Shown: positions 1-8,211, counted from the stretch's first letter. The stretch: 64,000 bases of DNA from a virus (IMGVR_UViG_3300032236_001232:1-64000); one strand, 5' to 3'. Program-made: numbers and translations. Notes: generated by a model not told the origin, from the letters alone.

Positions 1-93
1 GTGGAAGAGGATGTCAAAAACGGTCGCCCGGGCATTGGCTACGGCGACAGTTGGGCATACCTGACCCAGGTGGATCGCGTGGTCAAGTATTGA
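1..93 (+). CDS. 3' end of hypothetical early protein (partial, runs off window)
   Basis: Frame 1 open from base 1: VEEDVKNGRPGIGYGDSWAYLTQVDRVVKY*, stop immediately before the first promoter module. Confidence 0.6.
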   Translation: MEEDVKNGRPGIGYGDSWAYLTQVDRVVKY

Positions 94-95
94 GC

Positions 96-144
96 CGTTG
101 TAAAAACACAACAGGTTGACACAGTCCCCGCTACGCCATATAAT
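96..144 (+). promoter_or_regulatory. sigma70-type early promoter with upstream palindrome
   Basis: cGTTGT-aaaaac-ACAACA (96-113), TTGACA (116-121), 17 bp, TATAAT (139-144). Confidence 0.9.
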
Positions 145-150
145 ACGAAC

Positions 151-564
151 ATGGACACCGCAAACAAGGAGCAGGCAATGAGCGAATACACTTACAAATC
201 CTGGGAAGAGTACACTCCGCTCGAGCAGGCTGCTATGACCTGGTGGGACATGTACAAGGACGCACACGGCATCCGCCCACGCGGCACGGACACTAGCGAT
301 TGGTCGCTGGCTCGGTTCCGGGCAGAGATGCTATACCTGCAGGAAGTGATTGAGCGCAACGATCTCCAGCGCCGGGTTGACGAGGACGCGGCTATCCACG
401 CCTTTGAGGCAAGGGTTGAGAAGATCATCGCCCAGGGCGCCAAAGACCGCGCTATGGCCATCCGCTGGATACACGAAGCGGAAGGCAGCGACGGCGATGA
501 CGAGTATCTCTGCTACCTGGTTGGCGTGCCATACGGCTACATTAAGACTGAGGTGTCAGCATGA
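151..564 (+). CDS. hypothetical early protein
   Basis: ORF; ATG 151 is 6 nt after the -10 box; in-frame ATG 178 has SD AGGAG. Confidence 0.8.
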   Translation: MDTANKEQAMSEYTYKSWEEYTPLEQAAMTWWDMYKDAHGIRPRGTDTSDWSLARFRAEMLYLQEVIERNDLQRRVDEDAAIHAFEARVEKIIAQGAKDRAMAIRWIHEAEGSDGDDEYLCYLVGVPYGYIKTEVSA

Positions 565-761
565 AGATCATGCTGGAGACCACAGCCTGGCCAGAGGGGT
601 CGGGCGACTGTAATCATGTCTATGTGTTTGAGGACTACAAGGCCGGCAGCCGCAGTGCCAAGGCCGTGGCGTATGTACCACACGGTGTAGACCCGGTCCA
701 GAAGTTTAAGACACCACTGGACATTGACCTGCGTGGCAGGACCTTTGTGGCTGTGGCATAA
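561..761 (+). CDS. hypothetical early protein
   Basis: ATGA overlap with upstream gene, SD GAGGT. Confidence 0.75.
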   Translation: MKIMLETTAWPEGSGDCNHVYVFEDYKAGSRSAKAVAYVPHGVDPVQKFKTPLDIDLRGRTFVAVA

Positions 762-801
762 GCACAACAGGGTTGACAGGTCCCTTCAAGTTCGCTATAC
801 T
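752..801 (+). promoter_or_regulatory. sigma70-type early promoter with upstream palindrome
   Basis: TGTGGC-ataagc-ACAACA (752-769), TTGACA (773-778), 17 bp, TATACT (796-801). Confidence 0.9.
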
Positions 802-807
802 ACGAAC

Positions 808-972
808 ATGATGAACGCAACGGAGCAGACAATGACCGCACAAGAATTGATTGCCGTATTGGCTCAGTTGGATCCCAATAAAGAAATCCTGATCTATGAT
901 GGATCGTTTGACACCAATAAGCCAATCGACGAAGTTAAAATTGACCAGGACGGCGAAGTCGTTATTTCCTAA
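808..972 (+). CDS. hypothetical early protein (MTAQELIAVL-type)
   Basis: ATG 808 is 6 nt after the -10; in-frame ATG 832 has SD GGAG; the ORF-track start at 724 lies upstream of the promoter. Confidence 0.75.
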   Translation: MMNATEQTMTAQELIAVLAQLDPNKEILIYDGSFDTNKPIDEVKIDQDGEVVIS

Positions 973-981
973 GGAGCGGCT

Positions 982-1143
982 ATGAAAACAGCACACCTTA
1001 AACAAGAGTTAGTAAATCGAGTGATCTATCAAATACAGTGTGACCTGGAAGACAGGGACACTACTGCCATAGAAGAGCTGCTTTCGAAACTCGACGACGA
1101 ATACCTAATCGCTTACCTGCCTGAAGCAGATACCTTAGTCTAA
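982..1143 (+). CDS. hypothetical 53-aa protein (below ORF-track cutoff)
   Basis: TAAGGAG SD then MKTAHLKQELVNRVIYQIQCDLEDRDTTAIEELLSKLDDEYLIAYLPEADTLV*; fills the gap between neighbours exactly. Confidence 0.75.
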   Translation: MKTAHLKQELVNRVIYQIQCDLEDRDTTAIEELLSKLDDEYLIAYLPEADTLV

Positions 1144-1151
1144 GGACCGCT

Positions 1152-1334
1152 ATGGATAACTTTAAAGTCACTTGGATCTTCCGCAACGGACACCAGTGGA
1201 GCCAATTCTTTACCACTGCTGACGAGCGTACCAACTTCGTCAATCGCGTGGGCTTGGTCACTCATCCGGACATCGATCGCGTCTACATCACCGATCCTGA
1301 CGGTGTAGACATTGATCTCAAGCGTGTGGCATAA
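1152..1334 (+). CDS. hypothetical early protein
   Basis: SD TAAGGA, tight packing. Confidence 0.75.
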   Translation: MDNFKVTWIFRNGHQWSQFFTTADERTNFVNRVGLVTHPDIDRVYITDPDGVDIDLKRVA

Positions 1335-1374
1335 CAGCAACACGGTTGACAACACCTGAACAATCAGGTATACT
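1325..1374 (+). promoter_or_regulatory. sigma70-type early promoter with upstream palindrome
   Basis: TGTGGC-ataaca-GCAACA (1325-1342), TTGACA (1346-1351), 17 bp, TATACT (1369-1374). Confidence 0.9.
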
Positions 1375-1404
1375 ACACACATACTGAAACACAAAGGAAA
1401 TCAA

Positions 1405-1659
1405 ATGAAACATCTTAGTCCTCCAAGTCCAGAAGTTCGCGCTATCGTCAAGATGGCTGGTATCACTGCCATTGTCATTGTTGTGCCAATGCTGCTACGC
1501 TCGTTGACCCTGTGGTTTACCGGCGAAGAAATCGTATTTGGTATCTGTATGGCGCTGCTGGCTTTTACCTTCTACGGTATGTTCCAACTGTTCGTTGATC
1601 AGGAACGCCGCAAGGATGAACTCCAGGCTCGTCTCGACCGACTCAACGGTGCTGAATAA
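1405..1659 (+). CDS. hypothetical membrane protein (2 TM)
   Basis: SD AAGGA; two hydrophobic stretches. Confidence 0.75.
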   Translation: MKHLSPPSPEVRAIVKMAGITAIVIVVPMLLRSLTLWFTGEEIVFGICMALLAFTFYGMFQLFVDQERRKDELQARLDRLNGAE

Positions 1660-1685
1660 TCAACTAAACACCAAAGGAAATTAAA

Positions 1686-1985
1686 ATGAACAATTATGCA
1701 ATCGAACTGATCAATGTATCCACTCCAACCGGCGATGCAATTTTCCTAACCAATCGAACTGACCGTAGGACTGACAGCGTCCTTGCAAGAGAAGTGCCTG
1801 GTTATTTCAAAGACCCTAACTATACCTTTATCAATAAGGTTGTGTTGGCAGACAACCTTTCAAAGGATGCAGGCGAACTTGCGCTGAAGAAGTTCTATGC
1901 TGTGTATGAATCCCTGAATGTGCGCATTTTGAATGCACCAACAGCAAAAGGTCGTAAGGAATTCGAACTGTTCCAAACCGCTTAA
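1686..1985 (+). CDS. hypothetical protein
   Basis: SD AAGGA, ORF. Confidence 0.75.
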   Translation: MNNYAIELINVSTPTGDAIFLTNRTDRRTDSVLAREVPGYFKDPNYTFINKVVLADNLSKDAGELALKKFYAVYESLNVRILNAPTAKGRKEFELFQTA

Positions 1986-1997
1986 GAAAGGACCAGT

Positions 1998-2213
1998 ATG
2001 GAAATCCACGGACTGACCCAATTCCAACAGGACCTGGCTGACACGCTGTGGGACTGTGAAAACGAAGAAGAAATCCGGACAGTGATTGACTTCTACGGCG
2101 ACCCAGCCTACACAGTATACCAACTGATGGTTGCCGCACACTACGACGAACAAATCCAAAGCCACGAGGATATTGATTTGGCTAAGGAAGTGCTTGACAA
2201 CCTGTGTAAATAA
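1998..2213 (+). CDS. hypothetical acidic protein
   Basis: SD AAGGA, ORF. Confidence 0.75.
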   Translation: MEIHGLTQFQQDLADTLWDCENEEEIRTVIDFYGDPAYTVYQLMVAAHYDEQIQSHEDIDLAKEVLDNLCK

Positions 2214-2222
2214 TCGTATACT
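2194..2222 (+). promoter_or_regulatory. sigma70-type promoter (no palindrome)
   Basis: TTGACA (2194-2199), 17 bp, TATACT (2217-2222). Confidence 0.85.
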
Positions 2223-2251
2223 ACGCTACTACTTACTAGAGAATACACACA

Positions 2252-3115
2252 ATGGCAACAGCAAAATCCAGCAAAGGCTCCACAGTACTTGAGTTTGATG
2301 TCGAAGCTATCAAACGACGCGAACGCGAAGTGGCCAAAGAGTCAGACGAACAGATCCTGACACGACTGGCAGAACGCTTTGATATCCTTACCGAAATGAC
2401 TAAGGCAGTCAAGTCGGGCGATATCCGCGCAATGATCGTCAGTGGTCCTCCAGGCGTGGGCAAAAGCCATAATGTTGAAGCAGTACTACAGAAGGACGAC
2501 CTGTTCAATAAACTAGCCGAACGCAAACCCAAGTTTGAGATCGTTAAAGGCGCTATGTCAGCGATTGGTCTATACGGCAAACTGTTTGAATTCTCAGCGA
2601 AAGGCAATGTGGTCGTGTTTGACGATTGCGACAGTATCCTTATGGAGGACCTTAGCCTTAACATCCTTAAAGGCGCACTGGACTCAAGTCGTCGGCGATT
2701 CATCAGCTGGAATACTGACAGTCGCATCCTAAGAAGCGAAGGTATTCCTAATCGCTTTGAGTTCTGCGGTAGTGCCATCTTTATCACCAATATCAAGTTT
2801 GAACACATTAAGAGCAAGAAACTGCGCGATCACTTGGACGCACTAGAGTCACGCTGTCACTATATTGACCTGCAGATGGATACTAACAGGGAGAAAATCC
2901 TGCGTATCCGGCAGATCGTAAAGGGCGGCATGCTGGATGATAGAGACAACCTCACCGATATTGCCAAAGACGAGATCGTTGAGTTTATTACAGCAAACCA
3001 GGACCGACTGCGCGAACTCAGCTTGCGTATGGTGCTGAAGATTGCAGACCTGCGCGGCGGCTTTCCTGCCAACTGGCAAGCAATGGCTCGTACTACATGC
3101 ATGCGTCGAGCATAA
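2252..3115 (+). CDS. P-loop (AAA+-like) ATPase
   Basis: Walker A GPPGVGKS, Walker B VVVFDDCD, sensor-like FITN, Arg-finger-like ALESRC. Confidence 0.85.
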   Translation: MATAKSSKGSTVLEFDVEAIKRREREVAKESDEQILTRLAERFDILTEMTKAVKSGDIRAMIVSGPPGVGKSHNVEAVLQKDDLFNKLAERKPKFEIVKGAMSAIGLYGKLFEFSAKGNVVVFDDCDSILMEDLSLNILKGALDSSRRRFISWNTDSRILRSEGIPNRFEFCGSAIFITNIKFEHIKSKKLRDHLDALESRCHYIDLQMDTNREKILRIRQIVKGGMLDDRDNLTDIAKDEIVEFITANQDRLRELSLRMVLKIADLRGGFPANWQAMARTTCMRRA

Positions 3116-3130
3116 CAAGGAAACACTAAA

Positions 3131-3394
3131 ATGCTACAGATCAACATTGGCAGCAGGCAGGCAGCAAGGCTTGCTGCACTGTTGACTATGATATTCACCC
3201 TGTATGTATTGGGACTTGACCTAGCCGGTGACCACTTTTGGGCATTGGGATCTATACTGGCAATTACACTACTAATGGAGTTCCTAGCACACGGTGCGGG
3301 AATGGAAGCAGGAATAGAAATGATAGTTAACATGCCAGAATCCGCCCGCAACCAACTGATCCAACAGCTACGTGAAGAAGAGACCGAATCATGA
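3131..3394 (+). CDS. hypothetical membrane protein
   Basis: SD AAGGA; two hydrophobic segments. Confidence 0.7.
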   Translation: MLQINIGSRQAARLAALLTMIFTLYVLGLDLAGDHFWALGSILAITLLMEFLAHGAGMEAGIEMIVNMPESARNQLIQQLREEETES

Positions 3395-3618
3395 AATTTA
3401 CACAGTGCCAATGGATCGGAGCCGGTGAAGGCTGCAACCATAAATCATTAACTGATTCAAGCTATTGCGGCCACCACTACCCACGCATCTACGCTGTAGG
3501 CTCGGCCCTAAGCCGACGCAAGGCAGACCAACGATTGGCCGGCTACATCGTTAAGAGTGAACGAGATCCTACAGCAACGGATCCAGACACTGATCACCTA
3601 CCAGAGGTGTCAGCTTGA
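3391..3618 (+). CDS. small Cys/His protein, GcrA C-terminal-like
   Basis: CQWIG..GC......SYCGHH...Y pattern; ATGA overlap. Confidence 0.55.
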   Translation: MKFTQCQWIGAGEGCNHKSLTDSSYCGHHYPRIYAVGSALSRRKADQRLAGYIVKSERDPTATDPDTDHLPEVSA

Positions 3619-3818
3619 AATTGATCGTTGCAGTAATTACGCTAGTAGCCTGCGCTGTGCTGCTACTAGCGGCAGGGTGGATTATACCCTGGACTATTAA
3701 TGTGTTTGGAGCCACACTGTGGCCCACTCATGTCATTCCCTACACATGGGAAACAGCCGTAGCGGGTGCGGTTATTCTTGTTGTATTCACCCCACGCATT
3801 ACAATTAAAAAGCCTTAA
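3615..3818 (+). CDS. hypothetical membrane protein
   Basis: TTGA overlap, SD GAGGT, hydrophobic. Confidence 0.65.
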   Translation: MKLIVAVITLVACAVLLLAAGWIIPWTINVFGATLWPTHVIPYTWETAVAGAVILVVFTPRITIKKP

Positions 3819-4168
3819 TCACCACGCACATCGGTATTGAGCACAGGCTTAATCGCACGGCGCAATTCTACTTCACGCTTATGCGCCGCAGCCTTGCCAC
3901 GCACAATCTCATGCACACGGATCTCAATGTCTTCTTTGCTACGCAACTCGCGTAACGCAACACAAAGACTCCAGTCCTTGTTTTCTTTCTGCGCACGATA
4001 CCAATGCTTATTAGCACGGACTTGCACTGAACGCATTACAGTAGACTCAGTCTTTGCAGTAACACCAATGTAGTTGAGACCATTTACAATCAGCTCGTAA
4101 ATGATATGGTTACGATCGCTACGCTTTTTGCGAGCGGCTGTCTTAGTTGGCTGTGCTGTGGTATCCAT
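3815..4168 (-). CDS. minimal GIY-YIG family nuclease
   Basis: HIIY...NYIGVT...R..KH...REVEL...PVLN; ATG 4168 is 6 nt downstream of the -10 box. Confidence 0.7.
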   Translation of the reverse strand: MDTTAQPTKTAARKKRSDRNHIIYELIVNGLNYIGVTAKTESTVMRSVQVRANKHWYRAQKENKDWSLCVALRELRSKEDIEIRVHEIVRGKAAAHKREVELRRAIKPVLNTDVRGD

Positions 4169-4174
4169 GTGTGT

Positions 4175-4234
4175 ATAATACAGCGGGTGGCTCAGACTGT
4201 CAACAGGGTGCCGGTGTGTGGCGTAATGGCAACA
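4175..4234 (-). promoter_or_regulatory. sigma70-type promoter with palindrome
   Basis: minus-strand TTGACA (4203-4198), 17 bp, TATTAT (4180-4175); TGTGGC-gtaatg-GCAACA at 4217-4234. Confidence 0.85.
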
Positions 4235-4265
4235 GGGTGAGGGGGGTTGGGTATACATACACAAG

Positions 4266-4283
4266 TGTTGTAAAAAAACAACA
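4266..4283. promoter_or_regulatory. perfect palindrome TGTTGT-N6-ACAACA
   Basis: tgttgt-aaaaaa-acaaca, fifth copy of the early-promoter motif. Confidence 0.7.
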
Positions 4284-4430
4284 ACTTGCTTGCTAAAAAT
4301 TCACCCCTAAAAAAACTCGACTTAGATTAGAACCCCGGTGATCTAGATCTCCAACTCTGCTTTCTTTTGCGCAGCAATTTTTTTAGGCTAGCTATACCCC
4401 TCGGGCTGTATCACTCATACACATTGTATG

Positions 4431-4438
4431 TATAAATA
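4431..4438 (+). promoter_or_regulatory. T4-type late promoter
   Basis: TATAAATA upstream of SD AGGAG and ATG 4482. Confidence 0.7.
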
Positions 4439-4481
4439 TCTCCGGTTATACACATTTGTATATTATAGGAGAACTGTATAT

Positions 4482-4667
4482 ATGGTAGAGCGTCCCATAC
4501 GAACATTTGCACGTATTGTTTCATTCAGACTAATAGCATTGGCCATAACGGCCTTTTTTGTTGGGTGGAGTGTAGCTGTTACGCTGCAACTCATATTGCT
4601 GTGTGTGCATTACAGCATGGAGCGGCTGTGGTTAAAAACAACCTGGGGTCTACAAACCACACCTTAA
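4482..4667 (+). CDS. small membrane protein, DUF2061-like
   Basis: E...RT..RI.SFRLIA...HY..ERLW....WG pattern; SD AGGAG. Confidence 0.65.
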   Translation: MVERPIRTFARIVSFRLIALAITAFFVGWSVAVTLQLILLCVHYSMERLWLKTTWGLQTTP

Positions 4668-4723
4668 AAAATTTTGCGCAGTAATTTTTTAGTTACACTA
4701 TATAGAGGTCGGTATGTGTGTGA

Positions 4724-4828
4724 CTATTTCTTAGGCCACCATGGTTTATGCTGTTTACGTGCTGAATCAGGCACGGGTGTTTTGTCGTCGTTGTTGTCTG
4801 CGTTGGTTGTGTTATTGTTATTATTCAT
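4724..4828 (-). CDS. possible 34-aa peptide
   Basis: MNNNNNTTNADNNDDKTPVPDSARKQHKPWWPKK*, starts 8 nt after the upstream stop; low complexity. Confidence 0.35.
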   Translation of the reverse strand: MNNNNNTTNADNNDDKTPVPDSARKQHKPWWPKK

Positions 4829-4836
4829 AGTATATA

Positions 4837-5352
4837 TTATTGTTGGAATGAAGTTGTAGTTGTTCCTGCTGTTAGTGTCATTGGCCAGTTGAATGTACCT
4901 GCAGTGCCAGTGTTATATGTGCCGTCTGCTGGGTCCAGTATCCAGTATACAATAGAAGGGACTCCGCCAAATCCTGTAGTGCTGTAGTATATAGCAACTG
5001 GAGTAGTGCTGTATGTGCTGCCTGAGCTCCAATGTGCAGTCCATATTTCACCGCTGCCACCCGGAGTGCTGTCTGGTAAATTAGCAGCAACAAATGTTAA
5101 ATTAGCACTGGTCAGTCCTCTCATGGCCACTCCAGATTTAGTGGAATTGTTTATAGTGATACCAGTTCCGCTAACAGTAGCAGTAAAATCTTCCAGACTG
5201 CCCATTACTGGAGGGCCACTAGGATAATCAAATTCTGTAAAAGTTATAGTAATATCACCAGGAGCGGGGCCACCGCCACCACCTGCACCAGCGGTAACAC
5301 CGTGTCCTATAGTGATACCTGATCCGAAACGAATATTGTATGGTTGTGACAT
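4837..5352 (-). CDS. hypothetical beta-rich, probably virion-associated protein
   Basis: G/T/S-rich; SD AAGGA and TAAATA (5389-5384) upstream. Confidence 0.7.
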   Translation of the reverse strand: MSQPYNIRFGSGITIGHGVTAGAGGGGGPAPGDITITFTEFDYPSGPPVMGSLEDFTATVSGTGITINNSTKSGVAMRGLTSANLTFVAANLPDSTPGGSGEIWTAHWSSGSTYSTTPVAIYYSTTGFGGVPSIVYWILDPADGTYNTGTAGTFNWPMTLTAGTTTTSFQQ

Positions 5353-5514
5353 GGTGGGCGGGTCCTTTGTTATGTGTAGTATATATTTATGGTGAGCGGG
5401 GTGTGATGTGTAGTGGGTAGATAATATGGTGGTGTTGTAAAAATCATCGCAAAAATCTGCGCTCCGCGCTTCGCTTGGGTGGGCCTAGTGTTCCGTTCTT
5501 GTGTAAATATCTAT

Positions 5515-5781
5515 ATGAACATGTTATGGGATCGTCATCCAGAATTGCCCTATCGTGCTGTAGTTCCGTGGCCACGTGTGTATACGGTTGGTAATCAGCA
5601 GGATTGGGTTGCCGCTGTGGATTGTGTACAGACTTGGTTAGAAACTTCGGTAGGTCGGCATTGGTGTGAATGGACCTGGACTGGGTGGAGTTTAGCACAT
5701 AGTGATTTATGTGCTGTGAGTTTTCGTTGGGAGCCCTCAGTCAGTATGTTTCTGCTACGCTTTGGGGTAGCGGAGGATTAA
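5515..5781 (+). CDS. hypothetical Trp-rich protein
   Basis: TAAATA (5504-5509), 5 nt, ATG 5515. Confidence 0.65.
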   Translation: MNMLWDRHPELPYRAVVPWPRVYTVGNQQDWVAAVDCVQTWLETSVGRHWCEWTWTGWSLAHSDLCAVSFRWEPSVSMFLLRFGVAED

Positions 5782-6638
5782 AGACCAGCAGCTTTCAGCA
5801 GTGCGTCCAGTTCGGGATCTTTTCTTGTAGTTGCTGCTGTTGTTGTAGTCGGCGGTGTCTCTGTTGCGGGGGTTGTTGATGGAGCGGCTGTAGCAGGAGG
5901 GGTAGCACTAGGAGTTGATGCAGCAGGTGTGTTAGCAGCAGCAGGGCCGGGTGTGGGCGATGCGGCAGGTGTTGCAGTGGTATTTGGTTTAGATGAACTT
6001 TTTTGTTGTTGTGCTTTATTGTAATCGTTTTTAATTCTTTCGTAAAATTTGGCTTCAATTTTACCAGGATCCGGAGGGGTACTACTTTTGTCTAGTTCTG
6101 CGACTGTTTTTGCTATATATTCTTCTTCCTCTTTGGTAAAAGGTTCGTTTATACGTCGCGAAAATAATTCCATTGCTATTGTTCCTGCTACAGTTGTATA
6201 AGGAAACACTAGACCCAACACATTGCGAACGAGATGTTTTTCCAACTCACTCTGTGTTTTTTCATCGTGATTCTGTTTGGCGTTTTTCCAGTTAGCAAAG
6301 TCCATAGCACTAAAAAATAAAAACCCAGTTCTGATTCCCGGGCGAGAAAGGATATTTGCCGTATATCTAGTCATTGCACTGCCAATAGCATGTATCAGTT
6401 CAGGTGAGCCAGCGATAGTACGAGCAGCAGTGCCAGCCACACTGGGTTGTGCTGATGCTGCTGCAGGTGAGGTGAAAAAATTCTTAATACCCTTTAATGC
6501 TTTGCCGCCTAGTTTTATACCTTGCCCGATCAATTGTCCAGCACCTGGTAGTGCTTCGGTTACTATTTGAGTGGAAGGAGTATTTTCCAATACCGTCAAC
6601 CGATCCCTCAGGTTGGCCATTTCTTTAGAGTTGGACAT
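5778..6638 (-). CDS. hypothetical protein with P/A/T-rich linker (putative head-associated)
   Basis: SD AAGGA; C-terminal ELDALLKAAGL motif. Confidence 0.75.
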   Translation of the reverse strand: MSNSKEMANLRDRLTVLENTPSTQIVTEALPGAGQLIGQGIKLGGKALKGIKNFFTSPAAASAQPSVAGTAARTIAGSPELIHAIGSAMTRYTANILSRPGIRTGFLFFSAMDFANWKNAKQNHDEKTQSELEKHLVRNVLGLVFPYTTVAGTIAMELFSRRINEPFTKEEEEYIAKTVAELDKSSTPPDPGKIEAKFYERIKNDYNKAQQQKSSSKPNTTATPAASPTPGPAAANTPAASTPSATPPATAAPSTTPATETPPTTTTAATTRKDPELDALLKAAGL

Positions 6639-6651
6639 CGAACAATTTCCT

Positions 6652-8211
6652 TTATTTGGGTGCGGCCGCTCGGGCCAGCTCGGCTGCTTTTTGTTTTAGT
6701 TTAGTAAGTCGTGCTTGATCTTCCGCCGACAGTGATTTAAACAGTTCTTGATTGTCAAGGTATGGTTTCAGTGTTTTCCAATCCTGTTCTGTCTGTGCTC
6801 TTACCTCAGGAGTGACTTCAGCTGCTGCATCGTCAAATTTGCCTGCTGCATAATCTCTAGCTATGTTAGCAGCGTCCAAGCCCAAAGCAATAGCAGTTCC
6901 TGGTCCTGGAAGTAAGCTAGCGATAGCGCTGGCTCCGGCTATTCCTGCGCCCAACCAGTCACCTTCTTTGCCGCGAGTATAAGCGTCTTGTGCGCCAAAT
7001 GCCAATCCTGCGCCGGGTGCTATTTTTTTCCATGTTGTTCCTAGTGCTGCCTTGGCTACTTTTCCAGCTGTGGATGACGCTGCATCTGCTGCAACAGTTT
7101 TACCTATGCCAAAAGGATTGTGAGCATTAGCGACTGCAGGATTAGCATTTTGCATTGTTTGCATTCTGGCCTGTGCACCGGCATCACGAGCTACTCCTCC
7201 CGATCTATCTGGTACAATAATTTCTGCTTCGTCTACTATTTGACGAATCTTTTGTATCTGTTCAATTGGAGTTAATTTGTTAAAGCCTTCATCAAGTTTG
7301 AATTGTTTACTCAATCGATCTAATGCAGCTTTTGCCTGTTGAGGTTGAGCAGGTGCTGCTGCTGGTGCTGCCGGTGCTGGTGCTGCCGCTCCACTGGTGC
7401 CGGGTTGTGTCGGGGTGGATATCTGCGCCATGGCACGCTCTGTTTCTATTGCACCGTCTTTATCACCTGCTGCTCTTTGCTGTCCAGCTTGTTTTTTCAA
7501 TACTTGTAATTGAGCAATAGTCTCTTTAGAAAGGGTAGTTGCTGCTTTACTGTTGGAGGGCAAAGTGCCAGCCTTGTAATCATCAATAGCCTGGCGTGTA
7601 TACTTGCCCATTCTACCATCCACACCGGTTGGTCCTAGGTTGTATCCCATGGCCTTTAGTTTTTCTTGAATTGATTTTAACTTTTCGTCAACTGGTGCTG
7701 GCACTTTTTTCGTTGGAGAAGTTTGTTGTGGAGCAGTCCCACCTGTACCGGCTTGTCCATCTCGTTGTAATTCAAATTCATTTTTTTCCGGCGGTGTTGT
7801 TGCTACGGTAGTAGGAGATACTTTTATTGGATCTCTTACTGTAGTAGGGGAAGTTGTTGCAACATCAGCATCGACCGCTGCTGCAGGTTTGGTATTATCA
7901 GGGACAGTCGGCTCATTAACTACCGGAGCATTTGTCGATACAGGACGAGATTTAAACGTTTCTGGTTCGCCCGGTTGACCTCCTAATGCCTGTGTAACGG
8001 TATTTAAATTTTGTCGGCCAAAGTTTAATTGTTTTGCTATTGCTTGATCTTCTGGATCTTTAAAATAGCTAATTGGTGGTTTAGGACCGGGCATATCTTT
8101 CAAGATATGCGGATCTTGGCGATTGGCGCCGCCGAGATATTTTTCTTGTTCTGGGCTAAATTTAAATTCTTCTTCCTCAACAAGATTGATATAATATCTT
8201 AAATTTTTCAT
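6652..8211 (-). CDS. peptidoglycan-binding (PG_binding_1-like) domain protein, putative internal virion protein
   Basis: KSIQEKLKAMGYNLGPTGVDGRMGKYTRQAI; N-term MKNLRYYINLVEE; TAAATA at 8250-8245. Confidence 0.75.
   Translation of the reverse strand: MKNLRYYINLVEEEEFKFSPEQEKYLGGANRQDPHILKDMPGPKPPISYFKDPEDQAIAKQLNFGRQNLNTVTQALGGQPGEPETFKSRPVSTNAPVVNEPTVPDNTKPAAAVDADVATTSPTTVRDPIKVSPTTVATTPPEKNEFELQRDGQAGTGGTAPQQTSPTKKVPAPVDEKLKSIQEKLKAMGYNLGPTGVDGRMGKYTRQAIDDYKAGTLPSNSKAATTLSKETIAQLQVLKKQAGQQRAAGDKDGAIETERAMAQISTPTQPGTSGAAAPAPAAPAAAPAQPQQAKAALDRLSKQFKLDEGFNKLTPIEQIQKIRQIVDEAEIIVPDRSGGVARDAGAQARMQTMQNANPAVANAHNPFGIGKTVAADAASSTAGKVAKAALGTTWKKIAPGAGLAFGAQDAYTRGKEGDWLGAGIAGASAIASLLPGPGTAIALGLDAANIARDYAAGKFDDAAAEVTPEVRAQTEQDWKTLKPYLDNQELFKSLSAEDQARLTKLKQKAAELARAAAPK

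Larger units (their letters stand above)
4365..4692 (+). repeat. direct repeats TTTTGCGCAGYAATTTTTT(T)AG flanking the small membrane-protein gene
   Basis: copies at 4365-4386 and 4672-4692. Confidence 0.7.

Noticed and set aside
96-1374. CRISPR-like array from recurring palindromes
   Set aside because: Copies are degenerate, hundreds of bp apart, separated by genes and tied to promoters.
4235-4251. G-quadruplex
   Set aside because: Only three closely spaced G-runs; insufficient for a canonical three-tier structure.
4627-4643. Sixth copy of the early palindrome (also a half-site near 5433)
   Set aside because: The spacer is 5 rather than 6 bp and it lies inside a CDS; the other has only one half-site.
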